A stretch of 64,000 nucleotides of DNA from an uncultured Chloroflexia bacterium (lineage in GTDB: Bacteria; Chloroflexota; Anaerolineae; JAAYZQ01), in assembly GCA_963700285.1 (NCBI GenBank), contig CAVOXA010000014.1, positions 832,001-896,000 on the forward strand, written 5' to 3'. Under the pieces are notes generated by a model, which was not told where the DNA came from, did not search any database, and saw only the letters and a program-made list of their open reading frames with translations. Numbering within the stretch: the stretch's first letter is position 1; each line of letters starts with the position of its first letter. Below, one piece after another: positions 28,916 to 38,372 of this stretch. Position numbers and translations under genes: made by a program.

Positions 28916-30850
28916 CTATCCTCCGAACGCGGCACGCACCAGCAGGTAAGCCAGCAGCGCCACTGCGCCGGCTAGCATCACCAGGGCATAGTTGCGCACG
29001 AGGCCGGTCTGCAAACGCCGCAGTCCCTGACCGAGCAAACCGACGAACCGGGCCAGGCCATTCACCAGGCCGTCTATGGTGCGTATCTCAACCACATCGG
29101 CCAGGAGATCCGCCAGCGTTCGGAGTGGCTTGACAATGACCTCCACATAGGCCTCGTCCACGTAGTAACTGTTATAGACCACGTCATAGAGCCACCGGGC
29201 GCTGTTGGTCGCGCGCGCAGCCAAACCCCAGCGGCGGATGTAGAACAAATAGGCCAGGAAGAAACCAATGGTCACGGCAACGACCGAGGCCATCATCAAC
29301 CCAAGCTCCAAGATCGCGCCACCCTCAGCGGATTCGTACAGATGTGCGTCCACCAGGACCGGCTGCAGGAATTGCTCAATCGCCGTCCCCAGACCCACTA
29401 TCTTTGGCAGCCCAATGTAGCCCGCCCCAACTGCCAGGGCAGCCAAGATCACCATTGGCACGACCATAACCGGTGGAGATTCGTGCGCCCCGGCTTCGGT
29501 CTTTTTGTCCAGTCTCGTACGGCCATAGAAGGCAACGAACAATAGGCGGAAGGCGTAAAAGGCGGTCAACCCCGCCGTCACAACTTCGAGCAGCCAAAGA
29601 AGGGCGCTGCCATGCTCAAAGGTTCTAAGGAGGATCATATCCTTGCTAAAGAAACCAGAGAACAATGGCACCCCGGCCAGCGCGAGTGAGCCCGCGAGAA
29701 AGGCACCAAAGGTCCAAGGCATCTTTTTCCGTAGGCCGCCCATCTTAAAAATGTCCAGCTCCCCAGCAAGCGCATGCATCACGCTACCAGCGCAGAGGAA
29801 GAGCAGTGCCTTAAAGAACGCATGGGTGGTCAGGTGAAAGATGCTGGCCACATAGGCTCCTACTCCTACACCAACAAACATGAAACCAAGCTGGCTGATG
29901 GTCGAATAGGCCAGGATACGCTTAAAGTCCTTTTGCACCACGGCCACTGTCGCCGCGAAAAACGCGGTCAAGGCGCCGACCCAAGTCACCCAGACCAATG
30001 CTGAGGGCGAAGCCTCAAAGATGGCGTAGCAGCGAACCATGAGATAGACGCCCGCCGTAACCATCGTCGCGGCATGGATGAGCGCGCTGACAGGTGTGGG
30101 ACCCTCCATGGCATCGGGTAGCCAGACATGGAGCGGGATCTGGGCTGATTTAGCAATAGCACCCAGGAACAGCAGCAGCGCGATGGTTGTGGCCATGCCA
30201 GGCAGGAGCGTACCAGCAGCGGGCAGCACATCCTGGAAAGCCACACTACCAAAGGTAGCAAAGATTAGCATAATACCCAAAGCAAGGCCGAAATCACCGA
30301 CACGATTGACGATGAAGGCCTTTTTGCCCGCACTGGCCGCCGCTTCCTTTTCAAACCAATAGCCGATGAGCAGGTAGGAGCAGAGGCCCACACCTTCCCA
30401 TCCGACGTACATGGTTACGAAACCGTCAGCCAGCACCAGGATGAGCATCATAAACACAAAGAGGTTGAGCCACGTGAAGTAGCGATGATAGTACTCGTCG
30501 CCATCCATATAGCCCGCCGAGTAGATGTGAATCAGCGTGCTCACCCCGGTGACCACCAAGGTCATGAGAATAGACAGCTCATCCAACAGGATGCCGGCTT
30601 CCACGACAAAATCGCCGGCCACGATCCAAGTGAAAAGCGGGATGATGATCTGCGTACGCCCTTCGTCGTCAGCCGCGGCCGGCAGGCGCAACAGTTCGTA
30701 GAAGACCAGTGCCGCCACTACGAACGAGGCTGCCACCGCCAGGCTGGCGATGATGGCAACCACGCGCCGGCTCAACCACCGCCCCAGAATAGCATTGATC
30801 AGCACGCCAGTGAGTGGGAATAGAAGGATCAGCCAAACATAGTCCAGCAT
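28916..30850 (-). CDS. nuoL: NADH-quinone oxidoreductase subunit L
   Basis: WEGVGLCSYLLIG, KSAQIPLHVWLPDAMEGPTPVSALIHAATMV. Confidence 0.95.
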   Translation of the reverse strand: MLDYVWLILLFPLTGVLINAILGRWLSRRVVAIIASLAVAASFVVAALVFYELLRLPAAADDEGRTQIIIPLFTWIVAGDFVVEAGILLDELSILMTLVVTGVSTLIHIYSAGYMDGDEYYHRYFTWLNLFVFMMLILVLADGFVTMYVGWEGVGLCSYLLIGYWFEKEAAASAGKKAFIVNRVGDFGLALGIMLIFATFGSVAFQDVLPAAGTLLPGMATTIALLLFLGAIAKSAQIPLHVWLPDAMEGPTPVSALIHAATMVTAGVYLMVRCYAIFEASPSALVWVTWVGALTAFFAATVAVVQKDFKRILAYSTISQLGFMFVGVGVGAYVASIFHLTTHAFFKALLFLCAGSVMHALAGELDIFKMGGLRKKMPWTFGAFLAGSLALAGVPLFSGFFSKDMILLRTFEHGSALLWLLEVVTAGLTAFYAFRLLFVAFYGRTRLDKKTEAGAHESPPVMVVPMVILAALAVGAGYIGLPKIVGLGTAIEQFLQPVLVDAHLYESAEGGAILELGLMMASVVAVTIGFFLAYLFYIRRWGLAARATNSARWLYDVVYNSYYVDEAYVEVIVKPLRTLADLLADVVEIRTIDGLVNGLARFVGLLGQGLRRLQTGLVRNYALVMLAGAVALLAYLLVRAAFGG

Positions 30851-30899
30851 ACCACCGCCTCCTGGGCGGACACACTCCTGGAAGAACACTCCATGACAG

Positions 30900-31202
30900 C
30901 TACCATTTGAGTTGGTTCATCTCATCCACATCGGTCGTCCGCTTGTGGCGGAACAGAGAGACAACAATGGCCAAGCCAACAGCTACTTCCGCCGCGGCCA
31001 CAGCCATAACCATCAGGACAAATACCTGGCCGGCCACGTCTCCAAGGAAATGCGAATAGGTGATGAGCGTCAGGTTCACTGCATTGAGCATCATTTCTAC
31101 CGACATGAGCATCACCAGTGCGTTGCGCCGCACCAAAACACCCACCGCGCCCAGGGAAAACAGGATCGCGCTCAGAATCAGATAATATGAGGGTGGAACC
31201 AT
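30900..31202 (-). CDS. nuoK: NADH-quinone oxidoreductase subunit K
   Basis: RRN...[19 protein letters not shown]. Confidence 0.95.
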   Translation of the reverse strand: MVPPSYYLILSAILFSLGAVGVLVRRNALVMLMSVEMMLNAVNLTLITYSHFLGDVAGQVFVLMVMAVAAAEVAVGLAIVVSLFRHKRTTDVDEMNQLKW

Positions 31203-31207
31203 GAGCG

Positions 31208-31702
31208 CTATTCCTCCAGTCTCCTCTTTGCCAGGACCACCGCCCCGATGATAGCCACGAGCAGTACCACCGAGGCCAATTCAAAGGGGATCGCATAGTC
31301 GGTGAGCAGAGCTGCCCCGAGCAGCCGTACGCTGTCCATGGCGAGACCAGGTCCCGGCCCCATGTCCATGGGAATCAAGGCCCAGACATTGCCCACCAGA
31401 AGCAATACCCCCAGAAGGCCGCCCACAATCCACTGATAACGCAGCGGATCGGGCGCCTCCTCGGCCCGCTCCATCCCCAGCAGCATGACCACAAAGAGAA
31501 AGAGGACCACAATGGCACCAGCATAGACGATAACCTGCACCGCGGCGACAAAGGGCGCGTTGAGGAGGACATAGAGACCTGCCAGACAGCAAAAGTTAAC
31601 CAGCAGGAATAGGGCGCTCCTCACAGCGTTGCGTTGGGCGACCACACCCACGCCCGCTGCCACAGCAACTATCGCCAGGATGAAGAAAAGCACCATCTCC
31701 AT
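31208..31702 (-). CDS. nuoJ: NADH-quinone oxidoreductase subunit J
   Basis: [30 protein letters not shown]. Confidence 0.95.
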   Translation of the reverse strand: MEMVLFFILAIVAVAAGVGVVAQRNAVRSALFLLVNFCCLAGLYVLLNAPFVAAVQVIVYAGAIVVLFLFVVMLLGMERAEEAPDPLRYQWIVGGLLGVLLLVGNVWALIPMDMGPGPGLAMDSVRLLGAALLTDYAIPFELASVVLLVAIIGAVVLAKRRLEE

Positions 31703-31726
31703 TACAGCCTCAGCCTCCTACAGCAG

Positions 31727-32227
31727 CTAGCCGCCTTCGGCCTTCTCTTGGTCGTCCAGGATAATGGCATTGGGCTCTGCTGGCTCCAATAACCTATCTT
31801 GGGTATAGAGCAGACTCTCCCGGCTATAGTCCGCCAGGGCGAACTCGCGACGCAGGACAATGGCCCCCGTGGGGCACGCCTCTTCGCAGTAACCACAGAA
31901 CATGCAGCGCAACATGTTGATCTCATAGATCTCGGCGTACCGCTCGCCAGGCGAGCGCTCCAGGCCCTTCCTGTTCTCCCCTGCCTGGACGTAGATGCAT
32001 TGTGTTGGACAGTAGGCCGCACACAGCGCACAGCCGATGCACCGTTCCAGTCCTTTGTGCGGCCCGTCCTCATAGTACAGCAACTGATGCCGCCCGCGGA
32101 AGCGAGGATAGAGCTTTACCGGTTCCTTGGGATACTGGACGGTAACGGGCTTGGAGAAGAAATACCTGAGGGTCAAGCCCATGGCCCTGAGAATATTCCA
32201 GAATCCGACGATTGAGTCTTTGAGCAT
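31727..32227 (-). CDS. nuoI: NADH-quinone oxidoreductase subunit I
   Basis: TVQYP, FRGRH, two CxxCxxCxxxCP motifs. Confidence 0.95.
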   Translation of the reverse strand: MLKDSIVGFWNILRAMGLTLRYFFSKPVTVQYPKEPVKLYPRFRGRHQLLYYEDGPHKGLERCIGCALCAAYCPTQCIYVQAGENRKGLERSPGERYAEIYEINMLRCMFCGYCEEACPTGAIVLRREFALADYSRESLLYTQDRLLEPAEPNAIILDDQEKAEGG

Positions 32228-32316
32228 GCGCTAACTTGCCTGCTTTCTGGCCGGACTGGCCAGCATGCCAGATCGAGTTGCTGATCGACGCCAAAGATCG
32301 GGCAACGAACTCCTCG

Positions 32317-33324
32317 TCACACGAGTGCCACCACAATAGCCGTCACGGTCAGATTGACCAATGCCAGCGGTACAAAAAACTTCCAGCAGAAGCGCATGAA
32401 CTTGTCGTACCGGACGCGGGGCACACTGGCCCGAATCCATACAAACAGGAACAGGACAAGAACTACCTTGATCAGAAACAGTCCCACACCTAGCAGCGGG
32501 TGCAGATCCGAAATGAGTGCCGGCCATTTCCATCCCCCCAAAAAGACCGTGGCGACGATGGCGCTGTTGACCACCATGACAGTGTATTCGGCAATGAAGT
32601 AAAGAGCGAACTTGATACCGCCATACTCGGTCATAAAGCCCGACACCAGCTCATTTTCGGTCTCGGGCAGGTCAAAAGGCGAGCGGTTGCTCTCCGCAAG
32701 TATTGCGATAAAGAAGAGCAAGAATCCAACCGGCTGCAGAAGGATGAGCGGCCAGGATCCCTGGTATACCACAATCTCCTGAAGGTTCAGGCTGCCGACA
32801 ATGAGCACCACGGCCACCAGTGCGAGGGCCATCGGCAATTCGTAGCTGATCATTTGCGCCGCTGCCCTCAGCGCGCCCAATAGAGAATACTTGTTGTTCG
32901 AAGACCAGCCTCCCAATATGATGCCATAGCCTCCCAACCCGGCAATTGCCAGCAGGAACAGCAGGCCCACGTCAGACTCGCCGATTAACAGGCCCACCGA
33001 CCGTCCAAATAGATCCACAGATGGGCCAAAGGGAATCACCGCAAAGGTAATCAGCACCGCTGCAAAGGAGATACCCGGCGCCATTACATAGATTACCTTG
33101 TCCACGTGGTTCGGGACGATCTCTTCCTTAAAGATCGCTTTCACCGCATCGGCCAGTGGCTGGAACAAACCAAATGGGCCGGCTATGTTGGGGCCATAGC
33201 GGACCTGAAACCGGGCACAGATCTTGCGCTCGCCCCAGGTCATGTATGCCCCCCCGGCCAGCAGCGCGAGCACCACGACAATGGCCTTGATGAGCGGAAT
33301 CCAAAAAACGTCTACCCAGTCCAT
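32317..33324 (-). CDS. nuoH: NADH-quinone oxidoreductase subunit H
   Basis: ERK, R.GPN, QP.ADAVK, AQMISYE, R.PFDLPE.E.ELV.G..TEY. Confidence 0.95.
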   Translation of the reverse strand: MDWVDVFWIPLIKAIVVVLALLAGGAYMTWGERKICARFQVRYGPNIAGPFGLFQPLADAVKAIFKEEIVPNHVDKVIYVMAPGISFAAVLITFAVIPFGPSVDLFGRSVGLLIGESDVGLLFLLAIAGLGGYGIILGGWSSNNKYSLLGALRAAAQMISYELPMALALVAVVLIVGSLNLQEIVVYQGSWPLILLQPVGFLLFFIAILAESNRSPFDLPETENELVSGFMTEYGGIKFALYFIAEYTVMVVNSAIVATVFLGGWKWPALISDLHPLLGVGLFLIKVVLVLFLFVWIRASVPRVRYDKFMRFCWKFFVPLALVNLTVTAIVVALV

Positions 33325-33377
33325 GACGTACTCCGTACCAATGACCAATCAGATGACCGATGGCGAGTGACCAAGAT

Positions 33378-35969
33378 TCATTCCTTGGTGATCCGCACCT
33401 GCACAGGCGTCCCATCACTCACACCCAGCATGCTTGGAGGCGCATCGCTCAAGTTGAGCGGCGCAAAAGCTGTCCCAGGTACAACCTCGTCGCTGACCCT
33501 CAGGCTGAGGCACAGTTCTCCCAACGCTGAGGCGACCAACACATCGTCGCCGTCCACCAGGTGCAGATTCTCTGCATCGGCAGGATGGATCATCACAATG
33601 GCGCCTGGAACCAGCTTCTGGAGCCGCTCGGAACAGCGCAGCAGCACCCCTCGATCGTACAACAGATGCCCTGTCACCAGGCTAAGCGGATAGCCGGCGT
33701 CCCAGGACAAGGGGGCCGGGTCGACGTGGAGAAAGCTTTTCCGCACTGCCCTTGGGGGCTGAGGGCGCTGCCTGCCTCCTGAGCCCATGGCCTCATAGTC
33801 CAACCCCCGATAGTGGGCAAGACTGTTACCCAGGATCTTGGAAATCTCGTCCAGTACGCTGGCTGGCCCCGAGAACTCCCAGGCAATCCGTTGTTTCGCG
33901 CTGACCATCCGCCGTGCCAACTCGACAACAACCCACCAGTCCGGGCGTGCCCCCGCCGGTGGGCGCTTTGCGGCTCGCGCCGCCTGCCAGCGGCCTGTCA
34001 GATTGGTATAAGAGCCGTCGGTCTCGGCAAAACTGGCAGCAGGAAAGACAACGTCGGCAAGGGCAGCGGTCTCGGTCATAAAGAGGTCCTGGACCACCAG
34101 GAAAGGGATCCTGCGCAGCACTTTACCAGCAGAGCGGAAGTGACGGACCGGATCTGAGCCCATGACCCACATGGCCTTGAGACGATCCTCTTGACCCGCG
34201 GCCACCATGCCCTCAAAGTCGAGGCCAGCGACAGACGATAGCTTGCCCCCCCATAAGCTCGTCAGACGGCCGCGTGCCTTGCTGTCGCTGAGCACTTGGC
34301 CCCCAGGCAAAAGATGGGGCAGCACACCCATCTCTAGCGCACCCAGTGTATTGTTATCTTGGGCCACAAACCCAGCCTCCACGCCACCAAGCAGGAGGAC
34401 CAAGTTCTCCAACGCCGAGAGATTGGCAGCGGCTGTCGCCCCTCCCACCCAGTCTGGTCCATAGAGAATAGCCGGTTTCTGCGCTCGAGCCAGGGTCTCC
34501 GTGGCCCGCCGGAGCGTCCCGGCAGGAACCCCACATGCACGCTCTACCTGTTCCGGGCCATAGGGCTCCAGCCACGCTCGCAACTCCTCCAGGTTGGCGA
34601 CACGGGTGGCTGCCGGCTTTTGCAGAGCTTCGACGCCGCCTTCTGGCCCAGTGTCGAGGAGAGCGCGCGCCAGCCCATTCATCAGCGCCACCTCGCTCCC
34701 AGGACGATAGCCCAACCAGGGCCCATCGTAACGGCACAATTCTGTACGCCGGGGGTAAGCCATCACCACGGTGGCTCCGTGGCGCAGCACAGCTTTCTTG
34801 ATCCAAAGCTCGACCAGCGGCGCCTCAGTACTTGGGTCGAAGCCCAGCAGCAGGATCACGTCCTTGTACTCAAGATCTGGTAGCGAACTGAGTGACGTCA
34901 AACCAGCCGGCCCGCGTCCCAGGTGGTCAATGTTGTTGGTTCCAACAACGGTCCGCATGAAACGCTGGAAGAGATAGTTCGCCTCGTTGGTAGTGTGGGT
35001 GGAGCCCAGGCCGGCGACCGACTGCGGGCCATGGTCCTGAACCGCCCTACCCAGGCCTTCAGCAACGAGCGCCAGTGCCTCCTCCCACGTAGCCGGCTGT
35101 AGAACACCGTCCTGGCGGATCAGTGGTGCTTTGAGCCGGTCGATGTGATCCACATATGCATGGCCAAATCGCCCCTTGTCACAGATCCAGGCGTCGTTCA
35201 CATCCATATTCTCGCGAGGAGTAATACGCCGCAGCTTCTGGTTCTTGACCCCCAGCAGGATGTTGCAGCCCACCGCACACAGGGTACAGATACTGGGTGT
35301 CTCTGCCAGCTCCCACACCCGTGCCTCGAAACGAAAAGCGCGACTGGTGAGCGCCCCCACCGGACAGATGTCGATGGTGTTTCCCTGCCACTTGCTCGTC
35401 AGAGGGTGCCCTGGGAAAGTGTCAATGCGGGTGTCAGCTCCCCGGCCAAAGAGATCCAATTCATGGTCGTCAGCCCACTCGTCCAGGTACCGGATGCAGC
35501 GCCAACAGAGAACGCAGCGCTCCTGGTCCAGCACGATCAGTTCACTCAATGGGTAGCGCTTATTCTTGAGACGCTTTGCTTCACTGTAGCGGCTCTCGCC
35601 CGGCCCATCCAGCATGGCTTGGTTCTGTAGAGGACACTCCCCACCTTTGTCACACACCGGACAATCGAGAGGGTGGTTGGTAAGCAGGAATTCGATATTG
35701 GCCTTGCGGGCCTTTACAGCGGCGGGCGAGGTGTGAACTTTGACGACCATGCCATCCCGGACGGGCGTTGAGCAGGAGGTCTGGAGCCCTAGCATCCCCT
35801 CGATTTCGACGAGACACATGCGGCAGGCGCCCACCGGGACCAGCTTCTCGTGGTGGCAAAAGGTAGGGACATGGATGCCAGCTGCTGTAGCTGCCTCATA
35901 GATGGTGCTGCCAGCAGGACAGCCTATCTCCTGCCCGTCTATTGTGATCCCTATCACAGGCTCCGACAT
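33378..35969 (-). CDS. nuoG: NADH-quinone oxidoreductase subunit G
   Basis: GACRMC, HPLDCPVCDKGGEC, CVLCWRC..CPVGAL, CTLCAVGC..CDKGRF; molybdopterin-family fold. Confidence 0.9.
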   Translation of the reverse strand: MSEPVIGITIDGQEIGCPAGSTIYEAATAAGIHVPTFCHHEKLVPVGACRMCLVEIEGMLGLQTSCSTPVRDGMVVKVHTSPAAVKARKANIEFLLTNHPLDCPVCDKGGECPLQNQAMLDGPGESRYSEAKRLKNKRYPLSELIVLDQERCVLCWRCIRYLDEWADDHELDLFGRGADTRIDTFPGHPLTSKWQGNTIDICPVGALTSRAFRFEARVWELAETPSICTLCAVGCNILLGVKNQKLRRITPRENMDVNDAWICDKGRFGHAYVDHIDRLKAPLIRQDGVLQPATWEEALALVAEGLGRAVQDHGPQSVAGLGSTHTTNEANYLFQRFMRTVVGTNNIDHLGRGPAGLTSLSSLPDLEYKDVILLLGFDPSTEAPLVELWIKKAVLRHGATVVMAYPRRTELCRYDGPWLGYRPGSEVALMNGLARALLDTGPEGGVEALQKPAATRVANLEELRAWLEPYGPEQVERACGVPAGTLRRATETLARAQKPAILYGPDWVGGATAAANLSALENLVLLLGGVEAGFVAQDNNTLGALEMGVLPHLLPGGQVLSDSKARGRLTSLWGGKLSSVAGLDFEGMVAAGQEDRLKAMWVMGSDPVRHFRSAGKVLRRIPFLVVQDLFMTETAALADVVFPAASFAETDGSYTNLTGRWQAARAAKRPPAGARPDWWVVVELARRMVSAKQRIAWEFSGPASVLDEISKILGNSLAHYRGLDYEAMGSGGRQRPQPPRAVRKSFLHVDPAPLSWDAGYPLSLVTGHLLYDRGVLLRCSERLQKLVPGAIVMIHPADAENLHLVDGDDVLVASALGELCLSLRVSDEVVPGTAFAPLNLSDAPPSMLGVSDGTPVQVRITKE

Positions 35970-35995
35970 GCACTCAAATCCTTGGAAATCCAGGC

Positions 35996-37273
35996 CTAAT
36001 TGGCCCCGGCCATGCACCGCTTCTCCTGGATATGGAACTCGTACTCTTCGCGGAAGCGCTGGATGCTGCTCTGGACCGGCCCCACGGCCGCATCGCCCAG
36101 TGGGCAAAAGCTTTTGCCAGCAATGTTGTCGCAGATGTCCAGAAGCAGGTCCAGATCACTGGCTCGTCCGTGGCCCTGCTCGATGCGCTGTAGGATCTTG
36201 AACATCCAATCTGTACCTTCGCGACAGGGAATGCATTTGCCGCACGATTCGTGACAGTAGAAAGCCGCCAGGCGTTCCGTGAGGCGCACGATACACGTTT
36301 GCTGGTTGATGACCACCACCCCACCCGAACCCAGCATGGAACCCGCTTCAAAGATCGATTCATAGTCCAAGTTGGTTGACAGAGCCACATCGGCAAGCAT
36401 CATCGGAGTGGAGGACCCACCGGGAATGATTGCCTTGAGCGGGATCCCATCCTTTGGACCACCACAGACATCGGAGATAAGCTCACGCATGGGTGTGGCC
36501 AGAGGCAACTCGTAGGTACCGGGACGCTCGACGTGACCCGAGACACAGAAGAGCTTGGTGCCTGGACTGCGCTCGGTCCCCCATTGCCGGTACCAGTCGG
36601 CCCCATTGGCGACGATAAAAGGGACGTTGAATAGCGTCTCAACATTGTTGATGACTGTGGGCTTGCGGTAGAGTCCCTCCACGGCTGGAAAGGGCGGCTT
36701 GAGCTTGGGATGACCCCGTCTCCCTTCCAGAGAGGACAGAAGCGATGTTTCCTCGCCACAGATATAGGCGCCAGCACCGCGCAGGATGCTCACCTCCAGG
36801 TTGTAGCCACTGCCCAGGATGTCCTGGCCCAGATAGCCCCGCTCATATGCCTGATCAATGGCGCCCTGAAGCCGGTTGTAGCCAAGGTCGTACTCTCCAC
36901 GGATGTAGATGAAGGCATGCTCCACCTCACAGGCATAGCCAGAGATGACAACCCCCTCAATCACGCCGTGGGGATCGTGCTCCATGAGCACCCGGTCTTT
37001 GAAGGTGCCTGGCTCGCCCTCATCGGCATTGCATACCAGATAGCGAGGATACAGGTCGCCAGGCAAGAACATCCACTTGCGGCCTGTTGGAAAACCTGCA
37101 CCGCCCCGGCCGCGCAGGCCAGAGTCAAAGACCAACCGAACAATGTCCCGGGGCTGATACTCGGTCAGGGCCCTGTTAAGAGCCTGGTATCCACCCCGTC
37201 CCAAATAGGTTTCGATGTCGTGAGAATCGGGAACTCCCACGTTGTGCATTAGCACGTTGAGCTGCACACTCAC
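35996..37273 (-). CDS. nuoF: NADH-quinone oxidoreductase subunit F
   Basis: GLRGRGGAGFPTG.KW, NADEGEPGTFKDR, GAGAYICGEET, CGKCIPCREG. Confidence 0.95.
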   Translation of the reverse strand: MSVQLNVLMHNVGVPDSHDIETYLGRGGYQALNRALTEYQPRDIVRLVFDSGLRGRGGAGFPTGRKWMFLPGDLYPRYLVCNADEGEPGTFKDRVLMEHDPHGVIEGVVISGYACEVEHAFIYIRGEYDLGYNRLQGAIDQAYERGYLGQDILGSGYNLEVSILRGAGAYICGEETSLLSSLEGRRGHPKLKPPFPAVEGLYRKPTVINNVETLFNVPFIVANGADWYRQWGTERSPGTKLFCVSGHVERPGTYELPLATPMRELISDVCGGPKDGIPLKAIIPGGSSTPMMLADVALSTNLDYESIFEAGSMLGSGGVVVINQQTCIVRLTERLAAFYCHESCGKCIPCREGTDWMFKILQRIEQGHGRASDLDLLLDICDNIAGKSFCPLGDAAVGPVQSSIQRFREEYEFHIQEKRCMAGAN

Positions 37274-37317
37274 TCCAGGTCTTTGATCATTGTTGAGCTT
37301 TGGCTATAGCACACGAG

Positions 37318-37854
37318 CTACTCGCCGTACATGCCCGACCAGCCCCAGGTTCCCTGGTTGCTGATGCTAAAGAACTCGTCCTCCAAGATGCGCTGGTGCA
37401 TCAGTTCTTCGTTGGCCAGCTTGCGGAACATGTCCTGGCCAACAGAATCCGATGTCCCCTCGAACAGCGCGCGGTAGCGTTCTCCGGCCTGCTTCTCGTT
37501 CGCAATCGCCTTGCTGAGGATACTTGCCACGTCCCCGAGATCTCCCACACGCGTCCCCGCTGCCTCACCACTCGGGCCAAGAAGTTCAGGCTGCCGCAGA
37601 GCACCACCAGAGGGCTGAAAGTCCGTTACTGTCCGAGTTTCGTACTCGATAAACGGCCCACCGAGTTGCAGGGACTCGACCAACTCGGCCAGTTTCTCAT
37701 AGTGGTGCTGTTCAAAAACAGCCAGCCGGCCAAGCAGATCTCGGCCCTGTGGATGCTGAACCTCAACCGCGGCCTGGGCATAGAAAGCAGCGGCCTTGAG
37801 TTCGGCATCCATGGCGATATTCAATGCTTCTTCCAGTCCCAAGTCTTGAGTCAC
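37318..37854 (-). CDS. Ferritin-like (rubrerythrin/erythrin-type) diiron protein without rubredoxin domain
   Basis: Duplicated E..FY / ExxH motifs (AE..AAFY, FEQHH; NE..GERY, EELMH); AGGAG RBS right after nuoE stop. Confidence 0.85.
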   Translation of the reverse strand: MTQDLGLEEALNIAMDAELKAAAFYAQAAVEVQHPQGRDLLGRLAVFEQHHYEKLAELVESLQLGGPFIEYETRTVTDFQPSGGALRQPELLGPSGEAAGTRVGDLGDVASILSKAIANEKQAGERYRALFEGTSDSVGQDMFRKLANEELMHQRILEDEFFSISNQGTWGWSGMYGE

Positions 37855-37867
37855 CTCATCATCTCCT

Positions 37868-38335
37868 TCAGGCCAAACTGCTCAGGATCTGATCTACGCT
37901 ATCCTCGGTGAGGTTCTCGCAATAGCGATCGTCTACCTGCATCATTGGCGCCGTACCGCAAGAGCCGAGGCATTCAACCTCCAGCAAAGTAAACTTGCCG
38001 TCGGCGGTGGTCTCACCTGGCTTAATCCCCAGCTTGCGGCCAAGGGTTTCCAGCAGATGCTCAGCACCCAACAGCGAGCATGAGACGTTGGTACAGACCT
38101 GGATCACGTGCTCGCCAACGGGCCTGCGGTTGAACATGGTATAGAAACTGGCCGTCGCAGCGACAAAGGCCAACGGAAGCCCCATCACAACCGACAGCTC
38201 TTCATAAGCCTGGTCCGGCAGCCATCCGCCATAGTCTTTCTGAGCCAGGTACAGCGCCGGCAGCAAGGCCGACCCTGGATCCGGATATTCTTCTCGCAAT
38301 CCCTGTATCCTGCTTTTCGATTCTTCCGAGAGCAC
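37868..38335 (-). CDS. nuoE: NADH-quinone oxidoreductase subunit E
   Basis: SFYTMF, CTNVSC, ECLGSC..AP. Confidence 0.95.
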   Translation of the reverse strand: MLSEESKSRIQGLREEYPDPGSALLPALYLAQKDYGGWLPDQAYEELSVVMGLPLAFVAATASFYTMFNRRPVGEHVIQVCTNVSCSLLGAEHLLETLGRKLGIKPGETTADGKFTLLEVECLGSCGTAPMMQVDDRYCENLTEDSVDQILSSLA

Positions 38336-38372
38336 GCCCCGTCAGGCTCCTTTACAACTGCCAATAAGGCAA

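Noticed and set aside
33378-35969. NuoG as formate dehydrogenase or selenoprotein
   Set aside because: Continuous ORF with no in-frame TGA; NuoG cluster motifs and position in a full nuo operon
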